DNA of 64,000 nt from positions 96,001 to 160,000 of IMG/VR virus record IMGVR_UViG_3300048837_000984; one strand, given 5' to 3'. Within the stretch, counting starts at the first letter, position 1. Every line of letters begins with the position of its first letter. The DNA is from a virus. The notes below the pieces were generated by a model, which saw nothing but the letters and a program-made list of their open reading frames with translations, did no database searches and was not told where the DNA came from. This document shows positions 43,501-52,738 of this stretch, piece by piece. The translations under genes and the position numbers were made by a program.

Positions 43501-46221
43501 CTTGGAAAACGAAAACACGATCCCTCCGCCAGAGACATAAGAGCCGTCAGCCTGAACAGCGCACAGCCACTTAACTTCGTCCTCAGACAGGGAGACAACG
43601 CCACCGCCATAAATGCCAGCGTGAACCCACCTAAAGTCTCCTGATCTTGGGTTGATATCTTCTGCGTTGACGATAAGAGCCTTGTACGTCTTCCGTGAAC
43701 GGAGAAGGCATCTGTGATTGCTTGTAACGAACAGGTCTATCTGGTCGTTACCCAAGATGTGCTGCATGTTGCCGCGGTATCGCTGAACCTGGAGCTCTGG
43801 TTTGACAAAGTCTACAGTCCTGTTCGTTGTCCAGTACTGGGCGACCTCGTCCCTTTCGGTCAGGTCTTTGAGCTTTATAAACCCTCTCCTCGTAAGAATC
43901 TCGGTATCACCGTCAGCTGAAAGATTCTGAACCGGTGGCCTCGCCGACTTCGCTCGTCCAGTTTCTGCGGTCTGAAACAGGTGCGTGCGAATTCGGTTGT
44001 CGCTGTGGAGCCACGTCACCAGGCCCTTCTCGAACTCCTCCTCCCCATTGTCATCCGTTTCCGGCTCAAAATTGTCGTCGTTATGGTCGCGAACCTTCGG
44101 CGGACACACGACCTTCGACAGCACTGCTCGCACGAACCGAATGTTCCGAAGCAACTCTACGATACGCCGAGCCTTCTGCTGCTGCTCCGTCTCCGTAGGC
44201 ATGTTGGCCAGAAAGATGCCCAGAACTTCTTTCGAGGTAGAAGGACTGAACAGGTGCTCCTCACCTCTTCGACGAATCTGCTCCCAGTCCTTGCTTGGTT
44301 TTCCTGAACTAACGATGGGTTGAAGACAGAGGTTGACAGCGTCCGGTTTCGACAACTTGACATACGCGTTTGTCTCCTTGTCTCGCTTGCCGTTGTGCTT
44401 GTAACCGAAAAGAAGCTCACGGCACTGCGGGGTGCTGTTGGGATTGAAGTTTGGCCAGTTGATCTCCCGGCGAAGTTTTGTAAGTAGCTTGTCCTCGACC
44501 TTGGCGTAGGAAACGGCCAACTCAGACGACTTCTCTTTGTCAAAATAGACACCCGTCATTTCCATCTCTAGAAACGCTGGGCTAGCACGCATGGCAACCC
44601 AGAACGCCTTGCGGGCATCGTTGCCGTACATGTCGCTGTCCAGGAGACCTCCCGGCTTGTTCAGCAACTCGAACAGCTCTCGAGTACCCGCGGCGTCCCA
44701 TCCGGCGTAAGACTTGTGGTTGACCTCGCCGTCGTCGCCCATGAGGATATCGTCCGGACAGTCGCCGTAGCCCTCGAGGTCTTTCTCCTTTATTTTTCGT
44801 TCCGAGCAATAATCCTTTTTCCAGAGGATAAGGTCTCGATCCCATCTCGGGATCCCACAGTACTGGTTGCACAGGACTTCCAGCTTGTACCCAGAAGGCC
44901 CAGCCACTTCCTGGACAGAATGGACCGCCAGCATCGTATCGAAGCCGCCCGCGGTTCTGGTCTTCTGCCAGCCAAACAGGCGCTCACGGCCGTCCGGGTC
45001 TTCATCATGATCCGGAGCCGTGAACTGGTTCATGAGCGCTTCGCCAAGAACCGGGTCGAAGCTGTTGATCCACGGTAAGTCAGCACGAAGGTTGTGCCCG
45101 ATGATGCGGACTTTATTATTGTGTTCCGCCATCAACAGTCGCCGCAGTGGCTCCCTGGCCGCGTCGATGCCCGGACAGAAGGCCGTTTTTCCTCCTTGGT
45201 GCCGAAGGACGACGATGTAGGCGTGGCCTGGCTTATGGCTGAACTGGATCATCCGAAGCCAGGCTCCGGGCTCTGTTGGGTACTCTCCATGCCACTCAGA
45301 GTCGAGTGCGATGCAGTTACCCTCAGGGTCAGAAAGTATGTCGTCCACAACCCGGTCGAGATGGCGCCGGGTGTAGATCTTTTCCAGTTTCAGTTTGCGA
45401 TCTTCAACTTCCGAGCCGTTGATGGCATCGACGAACTGCTGCACGCCAGATAGCAGGGAAGGGTACTGATCGACACTTCTTGCCACGACCGCAGGATGAA
45501 TGCAAGTCATGACCTTGTAGCCAGACTCCTCCGTCGAGCCGTCCGGGTTGAAGTAGGTAACGGACTGTTCGAAAACACGGCCCTGGGTTGTCGTGACGCC
45601 ACCAACCGAGCCCAGAACAGCCTCGGAGGCCTCGTTGCCCAGGCACAGGATGAACTTGGGCCGGACAATGTTGATTTCCTGCCACAGAATAGGCAAGCAG
45701 TTGACGATCCACTTCTTGGGGAGTCGTATCGACGCGGGATCCACGTTCGCGTGCTTGACAACGTTCGTCACGTACCAGTAGTCCGTGTCGTCGACGCCGC
45801 ACTCCTCCAAGGCGCGCCGAAAGATATCGCCAGAAGGGCCGACGAAGTTTCGGCACTGCTGGAGTTCTTCTCGGCCGGGCCACTTACCGACAACCATGAT
45901 CTCGGCCGGACGCGGTCCGGGGTGACCGTTGGACCCCCAGATGTGCCCTGGCACGAAAGTAGCCTGGATGGGCTGACCCTTCAGCAGGACATTCAGGCGA
46001 AAGTCAGGTTGGTAGAGAGCCTCACGATAAAGCTTCTCAAGAACCGGCCCGCTCTTGAGAAGCTTCATGGGCTTGTCTTTCTTGTCAATCTTAGGCGCTT
46101 CGTCACCCAGGTTCATTGCCTCCGCAATGAAGTCTTCCCCAGGGATCGGCAAAAAGCTGGACGTAAGAGGCGAAAATGGAAGCAGATCCAGCTCTTCTTG
46201 CGAATAACGTAACCAACTCAT
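40576..46221 (-). CDS. polA: Family A DNA polymerase: N-terminal UDG-like domain, 3'-5' exonuclease, polymerase; two inteins
   Basis: UDG-like VGKWPGREE..NFVGPSG..CIHPA; exonuclease ALDSEW, GHNLRAD, YAGWDA; motif A EADYIGAEL; motif B AK|TLMFGLAYG; NFPIQS; LQIHDAI. Confidence 0.95.
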   Translation of the reverse strand: MSWLRYSQEELDLLPFSPLTSSFLPIPGEDFIAEAMNLGDEAPKIDKKDKPMKLLKSGPVLEKLYREALYQPDFRLNVLLKGQPIQATFVPGHIWGSNGHPGPRPAEIMVVGKWPGREELQQCRNFVGPSGDIFRRALEECGVDDTDYWYVTNVVKHANVDPASIRLPKKWIVNCLPILWQEINIVRPKFILCLGNEASEAVLGSVGGVTTTQGRVFEQSVTYFNPDGSTEESGYKVMTCIHPAVVARSVDQYPSLLSGVQQFVDAINGSEVEDRKLKLEKIYTRRHLDRVVDDILSDPEGNCIALDSEWHGEYPTEPGAWLRMIQFSHKPGHAYIVVLRHQGGKTAFCPGIDAAREPLRRLLMAEHNNKVRIIGHNLRADLPWINSFDPVLGEALMNQFTAPDHDEDPDGRERLFGWQKTRTAGGFDTMLAVHSVQEVAGPSGYKLEVLCNQYCGIPRWDRDLILWKKDYCSERKIKEKDLEGYGDCPDDILMGDDGEVNHKSYAGWDAAGTRELFELLNKPGGLLDSDMYGNDARKAFWVAMRASPAFLEMEMTGVYFDKEKSSELAVSYAKVEDKLLTKLRREINWPNFNPNSTPQCRELLFGYKHNGKRDKETNAYVKLSKPDAVNLCLQPIVSSGKPSKDWEQIRRRGEEHLFSPSTSKEVLGIFLANMPTETEQQQKARRIVELLRNIRFVRAVLSKVVCPPKVRDHNDDNFEPETDDNGEEEFEKGLVTWLHSDNRIRTHLFQTAETGRAKSARPPVQNLSADGDTEILTRRGFIKLKDLTERDEVAQYWTTNRTVDFVKPELQVQRYRGNMQHILGNDQIDLFVTSNHRCLLRSRKTYKALIVNAEDINPRSGDFRWVHAGIYGGGVVSLSEDEVKWLCAVQADGSYVSGGGIVFSFSKERKIESLTGVLGRLGAKFRTSERGTGVTSVYVGANDPWAVWAKKRMPDKKFGPWLLDFDRATLDLIAEEVLFWDGLWTRKTEYSSSDKENADWIQILWCLSGWRARMREYWNRNPKSSTHYCVDIPSLHRRRDYSQTKSLTKKEVPWDDLVYCVTVPSEFVIFRRNGKISVTGNSKRREADYKKILGDDYQYPLRSMLCASPGWVGVEADYIGAELAVMALQSGSAAMVDHCMRAELDDKDPRKYDIHSTVTVQAFRLTIENEKVLAEGAKVLGKDPKDLGLSVGDPLPPLKFWLKAAGKAKLRDVAKCVVAGSRLLTSRGWVRVEELCGHLDADTQERFDGDLTLVTDEGPTPLKGLYRGPASPCIRVTTADGHSVTGTVEHRFRSVDDKGRLVWVRSADIRVGDWAIVYDGYAVDVDSGRDNEDPPFKLWPAADSYRSNLSPIEVPEHFTEDWAAFLGLHVSEGCLLKGKTSSTFSVSLAEEKDPSFAEASEALLRRLFGHRLKVATRFLPGCQRQRSFLVASNQLCDWLRIICPGLSADRIVPDFVFQWPNRLVRTFLRWLFEGDGTAKRNGNGFLIQYSSSSSALARDVQILLDGLGIASRLRSERRKDCDGVYWTVTVSRRSQARFLSDVGFVTASKRDRCATATGYSADVSVYPNQLDHLKTVFPYLQGRAREKCRECLRTNSRVRLNRSRLAEIVAALPADLPTTVVASAEHLRNLLALRGRFVRVSSVEDVGDHEVYDVESGNHHLVVNGLSNHNTLMFGLAYGRGDEAVMRAIEEEGITATPEQVGNIRSTIFHLYPELETFFGNCQQRVVDPGWLRNCYGRSRRFQPSTDQKVVAEMQRQAGNFPIQSAVADLVSRALDKFYWAPDRRDASGLKYRLILQIHDAIMFEVRPDCLEWFLGDPGNPGFLHRVMSGIPMYQCDLSGRRTPGRDPIYMPVEHGLYLNWGVPIDKQEGLKLGIPEKYLK
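41212..42576 (-). mobile_element. Intein 2 (455 aa) with LAGLIDADG homing endonuclease, in polymerase motif B
   Basis: CVVAGSRLLT...FLGLHVSEG...FLRWLFEGDG...VYDVESG..NHN|T. Confidence 0.92.
42979..43920 (-). mobile_element. Intein 1 (314 aa), Ser-initiated, with LAGLIDADG-like block
   Basis: QNL|SADGDTEILT...WLCAVQADG...VYCVTVP..RRNGKISVTGN|SKRR. Confidence 0.88.
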
Positions 46222-47255
46222 GTCGTCTCCAGGATAACTCCCTGACGGTAGGCTTCAGAGAAAACAAAGTTTCGAAGGTCAGCGGTAGCCATATCACCAG
46301 GGTCAGACCCAGTTAGCTCCACCAAAGCCACTTGAAGCGACGCCTTGCCGCAATTTCGAAGGATGTCGTAAATCCCGACGCCATCATCAGAAGCGTCAGG
46401 ATCCAGAAGTACTACAACCCTATCCCAGTTAGCGGTTATCAGCTGCAACTGCGTTGACGAAGCTTTATGTCCGAGGATGGAAACAGCTTCTGGCCCGAAC
46501 CGCCACACGTCAGTTGGGCCTTCGGTTAGGACGACGAACTTTCGACTCCTGGCAACATCGAAGTTGTACAAGAGGGCCTTCTTCTTGACCTTCGGTGTCG
46601 TCCAGTACTTAACCACGCTCTTCAGTGGCGGTGTGCCGACATACCGTGCCTGCCACGCCTTCATCTTTCCGTGCATGAAGAGAGGTATGATAATCCGATC
46701 TCTCGCTATCCGGTAACGATTCTCAGCGCTAGTGCAGTACTTGACGCCCAGCGCGGACGACAGAACACTAACTGGGAAGTTTCTCGACTCCAGATACTGT
46801 ACAGCCGGATGGTCGGATGGTAACGAGTCTATCGGTACGACTTCACCAGGCCAATCTACTTGATCTGGCGTCTCAAGAATCTCTTCGTGGTTGCGGACCA
46901 GTTCGTCGTCAGTCGGAGGTAGCGTATCATCGTAGACCATGTCGAACAACTTTCGTTGTCGCTCGTAGGTCTGTAAACAGTTTTCGTTGTAGCAGATGCA
47001 GAGCCACAGGTTTCGTGTCCCAGTTTCAGGATGTTTGTAGCCCCACAAGTGGTTGATCCACAGTCGGTGCCTGGTGTCGGTACAGAACGGACAGTTGACC
47101 CGATAAGCCTCACCACGCTCCCTAACCTGAAGAGACTTCCGGTCTCCATCCTGCGAGACCCGCGCAACCATCTCTTCGTTTTCATTAGCAACCACGACGC
47201 CACCAAGCCTGCGGATCCGATTGAGTCGTCGATAAAGGTCTGGACGTAAGTGCAT
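46218..47255 (-). CDS. DNA primase (zinc-binding plus Toprim domains)
   Basis: CPFCTD..H..CYNENC; WQAR; LTEGPTDV; LLDPDASDDG; DPGD. Confidence 0.9.
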   Translation of the reverse strand: MHLRPDLYRRLNRIRRLGGVVVANENEEMVARVSQDGDRKSLQVRERGEAYRVNCPFCTDTRHRLWINHLWGYKHPETGTRNLWLCICYNENCLQTYERQRKLFDMVYDDTLPPTDDELVRNHEEILETPDQVDWPGEVVPIDSLPSDHPAVQYLESRNFPVSVLSSALGVKYCTSAENRYRIARDRIIIPLFMHGKMKAWQARYVGTPPLKSVVKYWTTPKVKKKALLYNFDVARSRKFVVLTEGPTDVWRFGPEAVSILGHKASSTQLQLITANWDRVVVLLDPDASDDGVGIYDILRNCGKASLQVALVELTGSDPGDMATADLRNFVFSEAYRQGVILETT

Positions 47256-47256
47256 G

Positions 47257-49002
47257 TCAGTTGTCCAGTTCGATGGATTTCTTCTTGGGTTTCTTGGGAA
47301 TAGACGGACCTAGAACGGGGTCGATATCCTCCTCGCTTTGAACGACTTTCTTTGTATTCTGGTCGACGGCGATGGTCGCCATGACCTTGCTTGTCTGTGC
47401 CATGAAGGAAGAGGCTTCCGTGACAGAGACGAACTTGCCCTGGAGTTCGTCGAAGAAGAAGTCCTTGCTGGCATCCACCATGGTCGAGAAGGCGCCGTCG
47501 ATCCTCAGGACGGCTGGAGTAGGAATACCCGCGCGACGAGCCTTTGTGCAGGTCATCGACAGGCAACGAGAAACGTCCTCTGGTACACCCATCTGGAAAC
47601 TGAACCAGAGGTTCTCTGCGAAGTTCTTCGCTTCGGCTGCATCCGAATGGTGCTGCTTCGACGACGGAGACCTTTTGTTCTGCGCAGCTGCCAGCTGATG
47701 CATGACCCACACAGGGCAAGAAAAGGGCGACGCGATCAGTCGACGACATTCGTCGCCAAAGTTTCCGACCAGGTGTCGTAACCGGTCATGAGGCAGGTTG
47801 TTGGCGTTCATGTAACGCCGAGAGCAGAGGCCGGCGTAGTCAATCACGACGACGCCAATCGACTGCCCTTTCGTCCAGGTTGCCAGGATCTGCGCGATCT
47901 CTTGAACATAGCCGGTCCCGCGCTTTGGACTGTCTGGCGGGCCGGACATATCCACGAGATGGATGTAGTTCTCGTAAAGTGAAAGGCCTTTCAACCGTTC
48001 CTGTTCACCGAGAAACGTCCCGGACTCGATCTTTTCTTTGAACCGGTCGCTCTCGTACGGTTTCGGTCCTTTCGCCGTCGAAGAAAGTTTGGACATGTCA
48101 AACTCCTGCAACTCCGTCCACGGGATGGAGCACAGGTGAGACCACGACCGGACCCGAATTTCTTCCTCCCCTGCTTCGTAATGGAAAAGATAACTGTGAC
48201 GAGGCTCGTACGTCTTCCCCTGCATGGCGAGAAGGTTCTTCTGCATCACCTGGGCCACAGCCGTTTGGGTTGCAATCTGTACACCCAGAACCGTCTTGCC
48301 CGAGCCATAAGCGCCCAGAATCCCGTACACCTCACCGTCGGCCTGACCACCACCGAGCATCTTGTCCAGAAATTCGACGCCCGTGGAGAACTTCTTCTGC
48401 GGTTTTGGTTGCCAGCCGCTGGGAGCTAACTCCCGCACCGGATTCACGTTAACCGAGTTGAATGACGATGATAGCTCGATGTGATGCTGAAGGATCGCTG
48501 GCAGGTTCTTGACGGATCGATTACCGCTGTCGGCAAGCGCCCGTCGCAAAGGTAGTTGGACGCCTCTCTCGTCCAAGAACTTCGACAGGTAGACTCTGGA
48601 ATACTTCGGATTGAGCTCCACCTCATCCGAAGTATATATCCAGGGAATTAAGCCCTGGGCCTTTGGCTCGTCGCTAAACAGCTGGTCAACGTACTCGTCG
48701 ATGATCTCGTCCGAGTTGTTCTCGACGTAGGTCCGTACCTCAGTTTCGACGAGAGTACGGACCTTCTTTGGGTCCTCGAAAAGGAAGGCACTGTTGTCCC
48801 CGTTGTCCTTGACGAGACGTTGGACAACCCTCCAGAGAACCCGATAATGGGGCTCTGAGGCGGCATGGAAGTGCTCTGGTTTCAGGTGGAAGTAGGCTGC
48901 AGCGAACAGCTCAGGAACCCGGAGCGTATCGCGCAAGATACAATCTATCTGTGCTTCAGAGACCGGATCATCGGTCTGTGGGTGCAGCATGTTGTTAGCC
49001 AC
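47257..49002 (-). CDS. DnaB-like replicative helicase
   Basis: GAYGSGKT, HYEAG, VVVIDYAG, VMHQL, KARR. Confidence 0.88.
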   Translation of the reverse strand: MANNMLHPQTDDPVSEAQIDCILRDTLRVPELFAAAYFHLKPEHFHAASEPHYRVLWRVVQRLVKDNGDNSAFLFEDPKKVRTLVETEVRTYVENNSDEIIDEYVDQLFSDEPKAQGLIPWIYTSDEVELNPKYSRVYLSKFLDERGVQLPLRRALADSGNRSVKNLPAILQHHIELSSSFNSVNVNPVRELAPSGWQPKPQKKFSTGVEFLDKMLGGGQADGEVYGILGAYGSGKTVLGVQIATQTAVAQVMQKNLLAMQGKTYEPRHSYLFHYEAGEEEIRVRSWSHLCSIPWTELQEFDMSKLSSTAKGPKPYESDRFKEKIESGTFLGEQERLKGLSLYENYIHLVDMSGPPDSPKRGTGYVQEIAQILATWTKGQSIGVVVIDYAGLCSRRYMNANNLPHDRLRHLVGNFGDECRRLIASPFSCPVWVMHQLAAAQNKRSPSSKQHHSDAAEAKNFAENLWFSFQMGVPEDVSRCLSMTCTKARRAGIPTPAVLRIDGAFSTMVDASKDFFFDELQGKFVSVTEASSFMAQTSKVMATIAVDQNTKKVVQSEEDIDPVLGPSIPKKPKKKSIELDN

Positions 49003-49027
49003 GTTAGTCTCCCAGTTGTTTCGACAG

Positions 49028-49627
49028 TTACGGCAAAGATATCCCTATCTCGTCGTAGAGATTCTTCTGTAGTGAATACTGGGCAGACCCAGCTGCTCGG
49101 TATTTTTCTGCCAGGTCCGGTTGATTGGTTTCGACGGCCAGGATGTATCGCATCAGCGGCGATATCTGTGACCCAGGGGACAGGATCACAGATTTCCAGA
49201 TCTTCTTGTCATCCCAGTCGGTCGTTACCTGCAGCTCGAAATACTGCGTCAAGGCATACCTTCTCTCGCAGTCCATGCTGATCTTGAGTTCTTGCTTCTT
49301 CCTTTCCGCGTAGTCGTAGGACAGCGATATCGCCCGTTCCGAGATGATCTGTTCAGGTCCCGGGGCATCTGCCGTATCGCAGAAGTCGAACAAAGAGTTT
49401 ATTACAGATTCCGGATCGAGGCCCTTGGCCTTGAATATTTTGGCAGCCTTCAGCCAGAAGTTGGCGTGACGGGCGCCACGACTGTCAGTACCGCCGTCCC
49501 ACCGAGCCATGGCTTTCTTACTGCTGCCCCAGTCAGAGGGAAATCCAGTACGTAGCGAATCGTGGGCTCGGCGGTACTTGATGTAGATAGCCCGTATGGC
49601 GTTAGCCAGGACGTTTGTATCGGACAT
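49028..49627 (-). CDS. Hypothetical protein in the replisome cluster
   Basis: 199 aa, between the two helicases; helicase-loader role is possible but unsupported. Confidence 0.7.
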   Translation of the reverse strand: MSDTNVLANAIRAIYIKYRRAHDSLRTGFPSDWGSSKKAMARWDGGTDSRGARHANFWLKAAKIFKAKGLDPESVINSLFDFCDTADAPGPEQIISERAISLSYDYAERKKQELKISMDCERRYALTQYFELQVTTDWDDKKIWKSVILSPGSQISPLMRYILAVETNQPDLAEKYRAAGSAQYSLQKNLYDEIGISLP

Positions 49628-49629
49628 GG

Positions 49630-51153
49630 CTACACCTTTCTGAACAACTTCGACTCTGGTGTAAACACCTCCCCAGCGGGGCCGGCATATTGCGACCAGC
49701 CCATGTCCCTATAATGCTTGACTCGCTTCTTGGCCCGCTGAGACGTCGCATGGTCGAACTGGTCGAAAAAGTCACAGACAATCCCGACGTTCTTGCCGCC
49801 ACTACTGTGGGTCCGGGAAACACGACCCGGAGCCTGAACGTCCATGATTTCGCTAGCTCCCGCATCGGCTCGAATCAGAGCCGTTAGCTGAGTCGGGTCA
49901 ATCCCCACAGCCCACACATTGGTGGTGATAACCTTCTTCAGCTCTCCAGCCTCGAAGGCCTTCCGATTCTCTTCCATCCGCTCGGACGTCATGAGCGGTT
50001 CGCCCGCCGGCAACAGTCCGTGCTTGATGTAGGCAATTCGATCCTCCGGCTTCATGTTGGCGTAGATCAGAGTGTACTCCGGAAGGTGCTGGCGCAGGAA
50101 CACAGCGTGCTCGATCGTCTCTACCAGAATCTGAACCTGTTCGTCTGGTCCGAACGTCCTCGCTTTCTGAGCAATGATCTTGTTTCTTTCGTCGTTCTGC
50201 CACAGCCCGTATCTCTTCTTTCTCGCCCCCTCCATGTTCTTGCACGGATTGGTCATCAGGCGAACGTCAGACCACTCAACCCGGATGGGAACAACCAGAC
50301 CCAGCTTCACAGCCTCGTCGTACGTTATGTGAAAGATCTTCGGTCCGAACACACTTTCCATACGTATGTCGGAACCGTCAGACCTTCCGGTCGGTGAGGC
50401 TGTAAAGGCAAAGTTTCGCGTATACAGGCTACTAACTAGGTACTTGCTGTACTTGTCGGAAAGGACCTCGTGCGCTTCGTCAACAAGCATGAAGTCCGCA
50501 TCGAATGGGCAGTGATGGAGGCTGGCCAACGTGTAGACAGTAATACGGCCGAAGTTACGACTACCGTCTCCAACCAGGCCGATGTTCGGCAGCCACTTGG
50601 ACAAGAAGGTCTGGATCTTGTGCGCCAAGGACCTTCGCTTGGTGACGATGATAAACTTCGCCTTGGGATATAGGAGGCAAGTCATCGCAATCATGACCAT
50701 CTTGCCAAAGCCAGTAACTGCGTGAACCAGGCCACACGAGTTCTGGGCTATGGCTAACAGGCACTCTTCCTGTTTCTCCCGAAACTTGAACCTGGACGTC
50801 ACCTCTTCAATATGCGGCTGAAAACAGCCCGGTCGCTCGCGCGGTGGATCCACGCTGCTGAACGTAAACGGCACCTGAAGGTCTGCCAAGATGCTCTTGA
50901 TGCGTGGTAAGAAGCCAAACCCGCAGACGAAACGTCGGAGCTTGTCGTACCGGTACAGGTGCTTTCGTGTTGTCAGGATACGCCGCGGCGTTCCGTCAAT
51001 GGACTCGGTATAGCGTCGCTGGCCGTACAGGTGTTCAATCTTGTCGTAGAAGAGAACCTCTTCCAGAGCGGTGCGTACCTTCCTTGGTAGCTCTCCGCCG
51101 TCGTGGCTGAGCTCAAGAATGTTCCCTGACTTGCGAATGAGAATGCTTGACAT
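49630..51153 (-). CDS. SF2 helicase (UvsW/Res-like)
   Basis: AVTGFGK, LVDEAHE, TASP, VWAVGID, QAPGRVSR. Start at MSSIL. Confidence 0.92.
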   Translation of the reverse strand: MSSILIRKSGNILELSHDGGELPRKVRTALEEVLFYDKIEHLYGQRRYTESIDGTPRRILTTRKHLYRYDKLRRFVCGFGFLPRIKSILADLQVPFTFSSVDPPRERPGCFQPHIEEVTSRFKFREKQEECLLAIAQNSCGLVHAVTGFGKMVMIAMTCLLYPKAKFIIVTKRRSLAHKIQTFLSKWLPNIGLVGDGSRNFGRITVYTLASLHHCPFDADFMLVDEAHEVLSDKYSKYLVSSLYTRNFAFTASPTGRSDGSDIRMESVFGPKIFHITYDEAVKLGLVVPIRVEWSDVRLMTNPCKNMEGARKKRYGLWQNDERNKIIAQKARTFGPDEQVQILVETIEHAVFLRQHLPEYTLIYANMKPEDRIAYIKHGLLPAGEPLMTSERMEENRKAFEAGELKKVITTNVWAVGIDPTQLTALIRADAGASEIMDVQAPGRVSRTHSSGGKNVGIVCDFFDQFDHATSQRAKKRVKHYRDMGWSQYAGPAGEVFTPESKLFRKV

Positions 51154-51169
51154 AATTTTTAAGTCCGAA

Positions 51170-51195
51170 GACCGGGCCACCGAAATGGCCCGGTC
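51170..51195. other. 10-bp hairpin immediately upstream of an ACTTAAAAATT motif
   Basis: GACCGGGCCA-CCGAAA-TGGCCCGGTC. Confidence 0.7.
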
Positions 51196-51205
51196 AAAGG
51201 GTGTG

Positions 51206-51424
51206 TTAGCTTTGTTTGTTCACATGTTCAGTAAACTCTTCGAGGTCTTTCAGAAACTTGGGCCACTTGTCCAGAATGGCCCGGATGGTCTGGATAGACG
51301 TCTCCCCATCACAGCATCTGAAGATGAAATGGACTTCACCTTCATCAGCCAGGTCGGAGATGTGGACAGTCATGCTAGCGTCTTCTTCGCCACACAAGGG
51401 GCACGGCATGTAAACGTTCTGCAT
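51206..51424 (-). CDS. Small Cys-containing protein
   Basis: CPLCG, RCCD. Confidence 0.65.
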   Translation of the reverse strand: MQNVYMPCPLCGEEDASMTVHISDLADEGEVHFIFRCCDGETSIQTIRAILDKWPKFLKDLEEFTEHVNKQS

Positions 51425-51425
51425 T

Positions 51426-51821
51426 TCAGACCTGCTCGTTCAGTAGAGTGATTTCTTTCGAGTTCAGCGGACTCAACAGAGCGTCCATCTTAAAGTGGAT
51501 TGACCGGTAGGCCTGCCCCGCTCGTAATGCAGCGAAGATGCGGCACTGGTCGAACACCTGGCGACGACGCTGTGCCGCCATGATGCCCAGAATGTTGATC
51601 CACCACAGCCTCTTGCGGCGCTCGTCGAGAATACGACAGGCCCTGTTCCAGAGGCGGCACTCCACATCGATCTGACCGGAAGCGTAGTTTACAGGCTCCA
51701 CAGCCGGCAAGCTAGCTGCAGCTTCGTGCAGTAAGTCTGTAAGCCAGTTCAGGTCAGGATGTGAAAAAAGTTTCGAGAAACTGGTCGCAAGCTTTTCCCA
51801 GGTAACTTCTTCGGTCGTCAA
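51426..51821 (-). CDS. Hypothetical protein
   Basis: 131 aa; start/stop overlap with the upstream gene. Confidence 0.65.
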   Translation of the reverse strand: MTTEEVTWEKLATSFSKLFSHPDLNWLTDLLHEAAASLPAVEPVNYASGQIDVECRLWNRACRILDERRKRLWWINILGIMAAQRRRQVFDQCRIFAALRAGQAYRSIHFKMDALLSPLNSKEITLLNEQV

Positions 51822-52720
51822 CGTCTGCCTCCAAGGTAGGAGTTGAAAGCCTCTAGAGTTTCTGGCTCGGAGAAAAAATACTCCGGAACAAATAGCCGGC
51901 CTCTATGTGGTGGCATCGCCACCTCGTTCAGCCAGCAGAAACGGGTGTAGGCTAGAAAGGTCTTAGACACAGAAAGGTCTGCCGAGAAGCTAGCACCTTT
52001 TCTATCCCACAGGCGCCAAAGAAACCGCCCAGCTGCCGAGTTGTCTGCTTCGGGGAGGTTCTTCCAGCAGTTCAGCACGTTCTCGTAGCGGCTGATCGAC
52101 GTGCTCTTTTCGTTACGCTCCCGCTTAGCCACAGTAACCGGACTGACGCCCAGGAACTGCTCCAGTCGAGACCCGCGGTTAGGGTGTCGTGGGTCTATGT
52201 ACCACCTGGGGTCAAGAACCGTACCCAGGAGTCGACAGGCCGCTAACTCATCGAGATCAGCGACAAAGGTCAGGTACTTCCAGACCGAATGGCTCTGAGC
52301 CACGAGCAGGAAGTCAGCCAGGTCGAGACTGTCAGCAATCGCGGACGCGATGACGTAGCAGATGCGGTCGTCGTCCGTAAAATCGTGCCAACCACCGAGG
52401 CTGGCAGGGACCGTCGCACCTCGTAGCTTGTAAAGGATCTGTTCCGGATCCTTCATCTCTTCTTTGGTGCAGAGAACGGGACTGCACACCTGGAGTCCCG
52501 CGATCTCGCCCTTCAGCCGCTTGTCAAAAAGGTCGACCAGGAGCCTAGCGTTCTCCCTGGACCCAATCACGCGACAGAGCTCCCCAGAAGAGAGCGACAG
52601 TAAGAAGCTTCGAACTTGTAGACCAGTCGAGTAAGGGAGACCGTTCCCTCTGAGACTCCAGACGACGCCAGAACTGTCGACGGTTATCTTTGTACTGATT
52701 AGATCTTCCGTGGACTGCAC
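51818..52720 (-). CDS. IS110/Nop(Tas)-like protein, apparently catalytically degenerate
   Basis: HSVWKYLTFVADLDELAACRLLGTVLDPRWY..SRLEQFLGVSP resembles the IS110 HhH/Nop segment; LSVSKTFLAYTRFCW resembles the terminal helix; LQVCSP..KDPEQIL resembles vvnP..KtD..DA. Confidence 0.5.
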   Translation of the reverse strand: MQSTEDLISTKITVDSSGVVWSLRGNGLPYSTGLQVRSFLLSLSSGELCRVIGSRENARLLVDLFDKRLKGEIAGLQVCSPVLCTKEEMKDPEQILYKLRGATVPASLGGWHDFTDDDRICYVIASAIADSLDLADFLLVAQSHSVWKYLTFVADLDELAACRLLGTVLDPRWYIDPRHPNRGSRLEQFLGVSPVTVAKRERNEKSTSISRYENVLNCWKNLPEADNSAAGRFLWRLWDRKGASFSADLSVSKTFLAYTRFCWLNEVAMPPHRGRLFVPEYFFSEPETLEAFNSYLGGRR

Positions 52721-52738
52721 GTCTGGCCTCCAGTCTTT

